44,910 bases of DNA, from positions 1 to 44,910 of the forward strand of contig CAXXWC010000009.1 of the NCBI GenBank assembly GCA_963668645.2, read 5' to 3'. Positions 37,559 through 44,910 of the stretch are shown here, in pieces. The stretch comes from Desulfobacterales bacterium. GTDB taxonomy: Bacteria > Desulfobacterota > Desulfobacteria > Desulfobacterales > UBA2174. The notes beneath the pieces were generated by a model, which did not search any database, was not told the origin of the DNA, and worked only from the letters and a program-made list of their open reading frames with translations. Each line of letters begins with the position of its first letter. Position 1 is the first letter of the stretch. The translations under genes were made by a program, and so were the position numbers.

Positions 37559-37844
37559 TTTTAGTCAGGGCAAACGCGGAGCCGTCCTTCCTTCCCCCGG
37601 AAACAAGGTCAGAATCACTATTCGGCTTGATAGCGATATTGTTGAATGGTTTCTTGCCAAAGTTGAAGAGCAAGGTGGGGGCAACTATCAAACGATGCTG
37701 AATGAGGCCCTGAGAAAACACATAGAGCATCAGGAACAACCTTTTGAAAAAATCCTTCGCCGTGTCGTCAGAGAAAAGTTGCATGCTACCCAAAAAAATG
37801 AGACAATATTTCACGATTCGAAGAAAAATTATCTGGGCGGTTGA
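37542..37844 (+). CDS. BrnA-family antitoxin
   Basis: MKAKYDFSQGKRG...KVRITIRLDSDIVEWF...GGNYQTMLNEALR; overlaps the toxin 3' end. Confidence 0.9.
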   Translation: MKAKYDFSQGKRGAVLPSPGNKVRITIRLDSDIVEWFLAKVEEQGGGNYQTMLNEALRKHIEHQEQPFEKILRRVVREKLHATQKNETIFHDSKKNYLGG

Positions 37845-37948
37845 GGATGCTCCTGGTACCGAAGCATTGGACACCAATCCCCTGTCTTTCGTTTCGGCGA
37901 TTAGTGCGAAGCAAACCCTTAAACACGCAACTTTAATAGGAGGGAACA

Positions 37949-38953
37949 ATGCCGTACTATAAACACCTTGATGCTGCAAATCCGGTCGATCGACGGACAA
38001 TCAATTCACTTTTAACGCTGCGAGCCGGCTTAAAGAATGATATTCCTGCCCGAAGCGACGAAACGTTGTTAATCGCCTCATGGAACATTCGCGACTTCGG
38101 AAAAAGGAAATACGGGGGAAGGCCAAAAGAGGCGCTTCATTACCTGGCTGAGATTATCAGCCGGTTTGATATCGTCTCAATTCAAGAGGTGGGACGTAAT
38201 TTAAGTGAATTTGACATCCTGATGTCCATTCTGGGCCGGCAGTGGAAGTATGTCATGAGTGATACGACAGAAGGTCGCCGGGGCAACAATGAGCGTATGG
38301 CATTCGTGTACAATAGTGGCAAAGTTTACTTCGGGGGTCTTGCCGGCGAATTGGTGCTACCTCCGATACGGCGAAACGGTGAGGTTATACCGGCCAATCA
38401 GGTTTGGCGATCTCCGTTCATCACCGGTTTCCGCGCCGGATGGTCGAAGTTTATGATGACATCCGTGCATATCCAATGGGGTTCGAGCACCGCCAATAGC
38501 CCCGAACGAGTACAAGAAATAACTGAAGTGGCACAGTTCCTGATGAAAAGGACCGAGGATGATGAAGTGTGGAGCCGAAACCTTATTTTATTAGGCGATT
38601 TTAACGTGTTCAACATCGGGGATGAAACCTTCAAGGCGCTGACCGATGCTGATTTCCTGATCCCGCAAGAAATCAGAGATATCACCACTAACGCAGGCCG
38701 AAACCGCCACTACGATCAGATCGCTTTCCGGGTTCAACCCGGCCGTTTGGATTACCTTGGAAAAGCCGGTGCATTTTCCATCTATAACCATGTATATTCT
38801 GACGAATCGCTCTATGCGGCTGAACTGGCTGAAGCTGGTGTGCGATTTAGCACATGGCGAACATATATGGCGTCAGATCATTTACCATTGTGGGTGCAGC
38901 TGAAAATAGACTACTCGGATGAATACCTGAGTCGGAAACTTCGAACTTTATAG
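37949..38953 (+). CDS. Endonuclease/exonuclease/phosphatase (EEP, DNase I-like) family protein
   Basis: IASWNIRDF, DIVSIQEV, ERMAFVY, SVH, ILLGDFN, YDQI, SDHLPLW; RBS AGGAGG; no signal peptide evident. Confidence 0.92.
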   Translation: MPYYKHLDAANPVDRRTINSLLTLRAGLKNDIPARSDETLLIASWNIRDFGKRKYGGRPKEALHYLAEIISRFDIVSIQEVGRNLSEFDILMSILGRQWKYVMSDTTEGRRGNNERMAFVYNSGKVYFGGLAGELVLPPIRRNGEVIPANQVWRSPFITGFRAGWSKFMMTSVHIQWGSSTANSPERVQEITEVAQFLMKRTEDDEVWSRNLILLGDFNVFNIGDETFKALTDADFLIPQEIRDITTNAGRNRHYDQIAFRVQPGRLDYLGKAGAFSIYNHVYSDESLYAAELAEAGVRFSTWRTYMASDHLPLWVQLKIDYSDEYLSRKLRTL

Positions 38954-39121
38954 AAACATTTTTATCCACCCGATGGCGACCGGGCCTTGTATGGTGTCTC
39001 TGTTCTCAGGATCGGGCTCCGGGGCCGCTTTGGCCCGTAGCGCTGCAATAACGGCGACCTTCAGCCGCCGCCTCGCGGATGCGCCGATCGCCGCAGGAGC
39101 CGCAATCTATGCATCGGCCGT

Positions 39122-39459
39122 TCACAATGCGGCCAAGTGCGCCAGGGCCCCTTGGCGGGTGTCGAAGATGTAAAAGACCCGGTCCATGCGTGTCAACTTG
39201 AACAGCCGGATGACCCTCGGATTGATCCGGCACAAAAGCAGTTCTCCCCTTCCCCCCCTTTGAGTACCGACAGGATGGCGCCCCGACCGCTGCTGTCGAT
39301 AAAGTCCACCTTAGCCGGGTCAAACACGATGCGCGTCTGCCCCTGGGCGATCCAGTCGGTCAGGACCTTTTTGAATCCAGGTGCGGAGCCGGCCTCGATC
39401 TGTGATTCCAGGGCCATGAGCACCGGAGCGTGGACGGTCGTTTGCGCTTCCATGCGCAT
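39122..39459 (-). pseudogene. STAS-domain anti-anti-sigma factor with frameshift
   Basis: RBS AAGGAG, MRMEAQ...VDFIDSSGRGAILSVLK, then a shift in the G-rich tract near 39245-39260 to LLLCRINPRVIRLFKLTRMDRVF. Confidence 0.75.
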
Positions 39460-39479
39460 GGGAACTCTCCTTATACGGG

Positions 39480-39700
39480 TCAAGAGTTGCCAGATATCGG
39501 CGGCGTACTCGCCGATGGTCCGATTACTGAAAAAACGGCTCATGCGGGCCACGTTGAGGACCGCCTTTCCGGCCCAGCCGGCCGTATGCCTGAAATCGGC
39601 GGCCGCCCGCTGCTGGGCGGTGATGTAAAGTGGCAGATCGGCCAGATGAAAATAGGGATCTCCGTGGTCAAAGATCGTACGGGCAATCCAGTCTCCGGGT
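39480..39700 (-). pseudogene. glgP: Glycogen/alpha-glucan phosphorylase C-terminal remnant
   Basis: GDPYFHLADL..YITAQ...W..KAVLNVARMSRFFSNRTIGEYAADIW matches the GlgP tail (FSSDRTI.EYA..IW); only about 70 codons remain. Confidence 0.8.
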
Positions 39701-39973
39701 CCGTCCGGGACGAGCCTAGGCAACCATAGAATCTTTTTTATAGCGTGCTGGCAATCACAGAAACTCTCGGGTACGATGTAGACGGAGTTGATGACGAACA
39801 ATTGATGCGTCGCCATCTCTTGGGCGCGCCGGGCTCCCCAACTCCCTCTTTCCCTTGAACAATCGATTGTGGTAACCTTTCCATCATTGTGGTGACGGGT
39901 CAAACGCATCAGCAGAAACAATCGGCGCCGCCCGGTCTTTACTGTAAACTTCGACAACCCATCGCAGGCTCAG

Positions 39974-40978
39974 ATGTCCCATATCCCCAAGAGTGTTGTC
40001 TTTGTCGCGGTCGCAGTCTGGTACGGCCTGGTGGCGCTCTGGGTGGCCTGCCCCGCATGGCTCTCCGCCAGCGATCCTGTCCCCATGCGCCTCATCCCCC
40101 AGTGGTCTCCCCAGGCCCAGTTCGCCGGCTACTATGTGGCCTTGAGCAAAGGGTTTTACGCACGCCATGGCCTGGACCTGACCATCCTGCGGGGCGGCCC
40201 AGAGGCCCCGTCCGGCGAGGCCCTGGCCAAGGGCCAGACGGATTTCGTCACCCTCTTTTTGACCGGCGGCCTGCAGCTTCGCTCCCAGGGCGTCCCCGTG
40301 GTCAACGTGGCTCAGATCGTCCAGCGCTCGGCCCTGATGCTGGTGGCCAAAAAATCGAGCGGAATCCTGGCCCCGGCGGACCTGGATGGCAAACGGGTGA
40401 GCATCTGGGCGGATTTCGCCCTCCAGCCGCGGGCTTTCTTTCGCCGCCACGGGCTGTACGTCACCGAAATCCCGCAAGGCTACACCCTGAACCTCTTTTT
40501 GATGGGCGGAGTCGATGCCGCTTCGGCCATGTGGTACAACGAGTACCACACCCTGCTCAACGCGGGCCTCGATTCCGAGGAGCTGACCACCTTCTTTCTG
40601 GCCGATCTCGGATTCAATTTCCCCGAAGACGGGATCTACTGCCTGGAGTCAACCCTGAACGCCCATCCGGATCGGGTACGCGGCTTTGTCCAGGCTTCTC
40701 TCGAAGGATGGCGCTACGCCTTTGAGCATCCCGAAGAGGCCCTGGATATTGTCATGGCCCGGGTCCAGGCCGCCAATCTGCCCACCAACCGGGTCCACCA
40801 GAAATGGATGCTCCAACGGATGGAAGAAATCATCTTTCCGCCCGAAACCCGGACCGCGCCGGGCTTTTTGGACGAAAACGTCTATCAAACCGTAGCCGCC
40901 GACCTTTTCGAGGCCGAAATCATCAACCATACGGTACCGTACAGGATCTTTTATGCCCCCCGCCCGAGCGCCCGCTAG
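39974..40978 (+). CDS. NMT1/THI5-like periplasmic substrate-binding protein
   Basis: Signal peptide; QWSPQAQFAGYYVA..KGFY...GLD; MWYNEY; FVQASLEGWRYAF; no ABC permease or ATPase adjacent. Confidence 0.88.
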   Translation: MSHIPKSVVFVAVAVWYGLVALWVACPAWLSASDPVPMRLIPQWSPQAQFAGYYVALSKGFYARHGLDLTILRGGPEAPSGEALAKGQTDFVTLFLTGGLQLRSQGVPVVNVAQIVQRSALMLVAKKSSGILAPADLDGKRVSIWADFALQPRAFFRRHGLYVTEIPQGYTLNLFLMGGVDAASAMWYNEYHTLLNAGLDSEELTTFFLADLGFNFPEDGIYCLESTLNAHPDRVRGFVQASLEGWRYAFEHPEEALDIVMARVQAANLPTNRVHQKWMLQRMEEIIFPPETRTAPGFLDENVYQTVAADLFEAEIINHTVPYRIFYAPRPSAR

Positions 40979-42926
40979 ACGAAAGGGCCTCGCCTTTCGC
41001 ATGGCCCTTTTCATCCTGACCAGCACCACCCTCATCTTCGGGCTCGCCTTCGGCTACAACTATGTCTTTTCGCGCGATCTGGTCCTTAAAAACGTCCGCG
41101 AAGCGGCCGCCAACCTGACCCGCTCGCTGGTGGAACGCATTGAAACCAAGCTGCTCAGCGTGGAGCAGGTGCCCCGCTATCTGGCCCTGCACCTGGACAA
41201 CCGCAATGTCGCCCGGCACAACCTGCTGGCCATGATCGAAAACATGATGGCCGCCAACCAGGATATCTTCGGCGCCACGGTGGCTTTCGAACCCTACGCC
41301 CTTAACCCGCAATCGCGCTTTTTCGCCCCCTATGCCTTTCGTGCCAAAGACGGCAGCATCGCTCTGACCGAGCTGGGCAGTGAAGAGTACAACTATTTTC
41401 TCTGGGACTGGTACGCCATCCCACGCTACCTGAACCGGCCGGTCTGGAGCGAGCCGTATTTCGACGAAGGTGGCGGCAATATCCTCATGGCCACCTATTC
41501 CCACCCGTTTTACGATCTTTCTTCGGGCCGGGCGTTGTTCCGGGGGGTCGTCACCGCCGACATCTCCCTGGAGGAACTGCAGGCTGCCATCTCCTCGGTG
41601 TCCCTCTACCGGTCGGGCTATGCGGTCCTGATCAGCCGCAACGGCCGTTTTCTCTCCCATCCGGATCCCCGAAGGATCATGCACGACAGCATCTTCAGCC
41701 TGGCCGAAGAATTGAACCTGCCCGAGCTGCGACGCATCGGAAGGCAGATGATCCAGGGCCGGACCGACTTTTTCAGTTTGACCGGCCTGGAGGCCGGCCG
41801 GCGATGCCTTGTCTATTTCGCCCCGGTACCGGCCACCGGCTGGTCGGTGGGGGTCGTGATCCCACAAGCGGAACTGTATGCGGATATCGCCTCGTTGAAT
41901 CGCACGGTGCTGCTCATCGGTGTTGCCGGCTTCAGCCTCCTGTTCCTGGTGGTGGTCTTGATTTCCCGATCCATCACGCGGCCGTTGAAATCCCTGGTGG
42001 GGGCCACCACCCAGATCGCCAAGGGCAACCTGGACGTGCCCCTGCCCCCTGTGACCGTCAAGGACGAGGTGGGCCAGCTGTCCCTTTCCGTGGATGAGAT
42101 GCGCCTGGCTCTCAAAGACTACATCAACGACCTGACCGAAACCACCCGGGCCCGCGAACGCATCGAAAGCGAGTTGAAAATCGCCCGCAGCATCCAGATG
42201 AACTTTCTGCCCAAGCGCTTCCCACCCTTTCCCGAACGGCGCGAATTCGATATCTTCGCCGTGCTCGAACCGGCCAAGGAGGTCGGCGGCGATCTTTACG
42301 ACTTCTTTTTCCTGGACGACGATCATCTTTTCTTTTCCATCGGGGACGTTTCCGACAAGGGCGTGCCGGCGGCCCTCTTCATGGCGGTGACCAAGACCCT
42401 GATGAAGGGGATCGCCGAGCAGCGCTTCGATCTTTCCGAAGTGCTGGCCCGGGTCAATGTGGAGCTTTGCCAGGGCAACGAATCGTCCATGTTCGTGACC
42501 CTCTTTTGCGCGGTGCTGGATCTGCGCGACGGGCGCCTGTGCTTCTCCAATGCCGGGCACAACCCGCCCCTGCTCCTGCGCCCGGACCAGGACGGCCAGT
42601 GGCTGGCGCTGCCGCCGGGCCTGGTCCTGGGCGGCATGGAAGAGGCGGTCTATCAGACCCGCGAACTGGTGCTGGAACCGGGCGATCGGCTCTTGCTCTA
42701 TACGGACGGGGTCACCGAGGCGATGAACAGCGAAAAGAAGCTCTTTTCCGAGGCCGGGCTGCTGGCCCAGACCGGCTCCGAGGCGCCCGGGGACATCAGG
42801 ATACTGGTGACAGAGGTGCTCGAATCGGTGCACCGCTTTTCCGCCGGCGCGCCCCAGTCCGACGACATCACCCTGCTGGCCCTGGTCTACAACGGACCCG
42901 GACAGCGCGGCGAGCGTTTCGATTAA
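40953..42926 (+). CDS. Membrane PP2C/SpoIIE phosphatase (Cache - HAMP - SpoIIE)
   Basis: WSEPYFDEGGG (Cache), HAMP DEVGQL, ELKIARSIQ, EVGGDLYD, IGDVSDKGVPAALFM, NAGHNPP, YTDGVTEA, QSDDIT. Confidence 0.94.
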   Translation: MPPARAPARRKGLAFRMALFILTSTTLIFGLAFGYNYVFSRDLVLKNVREAAANLTRSLVERIETKLLSVEQVPRYLALHLDNRNVARHNLLAMIENMMAANQDIFGATVAFEPYALNPQSRFFAPYAFRAKDGSIALTELGSEEYNYFLWDWYAIPRYLNRPVWSEPYFDEGGGNILMATYSHPFYDLSSGRALFRGVVTADISLEELQAAISSVSLYRSGYAVLISRNGRFLSHPDPRRIMHDSIFSLAEELNLPELRRIGRQMIQGRTDFFSLTGLEAGRRCLVYFAPVPATGWSVGVVIPQAELYADIASLNRTVLLIGVAGFSLLFLVVVLISRSITRPLKSLVGATTQIAKGNLDVPLPPVTVKDEVGQLSLSVDEMRLALKDYINDLTETTRARERIESELKIARSIQMNFLPKRFPPFPERREFDIFAVLEPAKEVGGDLYDFFFLDDDHLFFSIGDVSDKGVPAALFMAVTKTLMKGIAEQRFDLSEVLARVNVELCQGNESSMFVTLFCAVLDLRDGRLCFSNAGHNPPLLLRPDQDGQWLALPPGLVLGGMEEAVYQTRELVLEPGDRLLLYTDGVTEAMNSEKKLFSEAGLLAQTGSEAPGDIRILVTEVLESVHRFSAGAPQSDDITLLALVYNGPGQRGERFD

Positions 42927-43016
42927 ACGATTTCATGATAAAATCGAACGAGGCCCTCTGCCATTGCGGGGCCCTTGCGACCAGAAATCCAAAACCCGAA
43001 TCAGATGGAGCAACCG

Positions 43017-43349
43017 ATGGAGTGTACCTGCCAAAAAATCGGCCAGGCAGTAACGATCAAGGTCATCGGGCGCATGGATGCCGTCACGGCCCCGGACTTC
43101 GAAAAGCAGTGCGGCCAGTGGCTCGACCAGGGCGAAAACCACCTGGCGGTGGACCTCAGCGGTCTGGAATACATCAGCAGCGCCGGGTTGCGGGCGATTC
43201 TCGGTACGGGCAAGAAGCTCAAGGCCCGCGGCGGCAGCCTGGTGTTCGGCGGCATGAGCCCCATGGTCAAGGAAGTGTTCACCATCTCCGGCTTTGCCGC
43301 CATCTTTCCGGTCTACGACGACCTGGAGTCCGCCCTTGGCGCCAAATGA
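43017..43349 (+). CDS. STAS anti-anti-sigma factor (RsbV/SpoIIAA-like)
   Basis: GRMDAVTAP, DLSGLEYISSAGLR (phospho-Ser motif), EVFTISGF; start ATG 43017 after GGAG. Confidence 0.93.
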   Translation: MECTCQKIGQAVTIKVIGRMDAVTAPDFEKQCGQWLDQGENHLAVDLSGLEYISSAGLRAILGTGKKLKARGGSLVFGGMSPMVKEVFTISGFAAIFPVYDDLESALGAK

Positions 43350-43764
43350 TCCGCCATCCTTAAAGCGGCTCCAGCGGCCGGCGGTGCGCGCCTCGCTGGA
43401 GGCGCTGCGCCAATTCGTGCTGGCCCAGGCCCGGGGGCTGGCACCGGCCGTGACCCAGAAAATCGATCTGGTGATCGAAGAGCTGCTGTTGAACATCTTC
43501 GATTATGCCTACCCACCCGGCCCCCCCGGCGCGGTGGAGGTGGCCTGCGCGCCGCAGGCCGGGGGCGGATTCGTGCTTCAGGTCCGCGACTGGGGCCGGC
43601 CCTTCGACCCGCTGGCCGGCCCGGGACCGGATCTGGACCTCGACCTGGAGCAGCGCGCCGTGGGCGGTTTGGGCATTTTGCTGGTGCGTGAGATGAGCCG
43701 GTCCCAGCAGTACCGGCGCGAGGGTGACAGCAACGTGCTGGAAATCGTCTTTGCACCCGAATGA
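43336..43764 (+). CDS. Anti-sigma factor Ser/Thr kinase (RsbW/SpoIIAB-like HATPase)
   Basis: LVIEELLLNIFDYAY, RDWGRPFDP, GGLGILLV, YRREGDSN; probable TTG start 43336 after GGAG. Confidence 0.92.
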   Translation: MAPNDPPSLKRLQRPAVRASLEALRQFVLAQARGLAPAVTQKIDLVIEELLLNIFDYAYPPGPPGAVEVACAPQAGGGFVLQVRDWGRPFDPLAGPGPDLDLDLEQRAVGGLGILLVREMSRSQQYRREGDSNVLEIVFAPE

Positions 43765-44910
43765 AGGCAGATCCTTCCATCCATGAGGCGGCCATGGCCC
43801 CTTTGACCACCATCTTCGGCGAAATCTTTTCCGATATGCGCTCCCCCCGGTGCCTGCCCGGATTGAGCGTCGGGCTGGTGGTGAGCCTGGTGCTGATTGT
43901 GGTGGAGGTCTCCTTTGCCACTATGATCTTTTCCGGCCCCCTGGAAGTCCACGTGCGCAAGAGGAGAATCGGCATGGCCCTGGCCGGCACGGTGGGCTTC
44001 GCCCTGTGCACCGCGCTGTTCAGCCGCATCCGCTCCATCGTGGCCCTGCCCCAGGATGCGCCGGTGGCCCTGTTCGCCGGCGTGGCGGCCGCCATCGCCG
44101 CCGCCATGGGCCGGCCCCAAGCCCCCGAGACCTTCTTCACCATCACCGCGGCCCTGATCTTTTCCTGTCTGCTCACCGGTGTTTTTTTTATCCTGATCGG
44201 CCGCTTCAGGTGGGCCGAATTTTTCCGTTTCATGCCCTATCCGGTGGTCTCCGGGTTTCTGGCGGGCACCGGCTGGCTCCTGACCAAGGGGAGCCTGGAG
44301 GTGATGACCGGTTCGGCCTTGACCTGGGGCTCTGCCGCCGGCCTCGTGTCGACCAAGGTCCTGATGCTCTGGCTGCCGGGCGCAGCCTACGCCGTGGCGC
44401 TCTTTTTCATCCTGCGCCGGTGGTCCCATTACCTGATCCTGCCCGGCTCGCTGGTTCTGGCCGTGCTTTGCTACCACGCGGCCCTGGGCCTTGCCGGGAT
44501 CTCCATCGCCGAAGCCCGGCGGCTCGGCTTCATCTTCGAATCCTTCGCCACCGGCAGCCTCTGGCCGGTGTTCAGCCCCTCGGACCTGGCGCGGTGGACT
44601 GGTCGGCCGTCTGGCCCCAGATCCCGTCCATCGCCGTGATCCCCTTCATCTCGCTTCTCGGCCTGCTGCTCAACACCGGCGGGATCGAGCTGGCCAGCGG
44701 CGCGAAATCGACATGAACCGTGAACTGGTGGTCAACGGCGCGGCCAACGCCCTGATCGGAGTTACCGGCGCTCACCCGGGATACGCCTCCATCAGCCTGT
44801 CGGTCCTCGGCCTGCGCATCGGCGCGGATACCCGCCTGGTGGGGCTTACCGCGTCCCTGATCCTGGTGGCCACCCTGCTTTTCGGCAGCCAGGTGCTGGC
44901 CTTCTTTCCC
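43761..44910 (+). CDS. SulP-family anion transporter, two apparent frameshifts, runs off the window
   Basis: SFATMIFSGPL, PQDAP, RFMPYPVVSGFLAGTGWLL; shifts near 44590 (to AVDWSAV...LLLNTGGIELA) and near 44700 (to EIDMNRELVVNGAAN...GY.SISLS). Confidence 0.85.

Noticed and set aside
39193..39957. 254-aa ORF as a novel GlgP-STAS fusion
   Set aside because: Joins unrelated upstream sequence, a glgP tail and a STAS gene that has its own RBS; best explained by decay and loss of a stop codon.

Overview
GC-rich bacterial chromosome window; gene content and repeat types suggest a Desulfobacterales-like deltaproteobacterium (inference). Left to right: (1) a minus-strand cluster of KamA-type radical-SAM aminomutase, YkgJ-type Cys-cluster protein, two tandem Ddl-like ATP-grasp ligases and a GNAT-deacetylase-GNAT triple fusion, followed by a mini-zincin, DUF202 and a quinone reductase, preceded by a near-consensus sigma-54 promoter. 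This is the best candidate for an uncharacterised pathway (beta-lysine peptide synthesis with reversible acetylation). (2) Acyl-CoA ligase, diguanylate cyclase and a TetR-AcrAB-OprM-like efflux operon with an extra outer-membrane protein. (3) An unannotated 30-aa membrane peptide behind a Fur-like box, selO, and a REP-flanked RAYT transposase. (4) GYF_2-AIM24/DUF533 pair, KhtTU-like antiporter, cupin. (5) A ~12-kb lower-GC accessory island carrying a 2168-aa nuclease-STAND (Avs/NLR-like) candidate anti-phage protein, two decayed BrnT/BrnA toxin-antitoxin loci, an IS3 element, a MITE, a transposase relic and an EEP nuclease. (6) A glgP-STAS relic and a partner-switching operon (binding protein, PP2C, STAS, anti-sigma kinase, SulP). 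No rRNA, tRNA or CRISPR array was seen. All family calls come from motif recognition by eye, not database searches; several frameshifts could be assembly errors.
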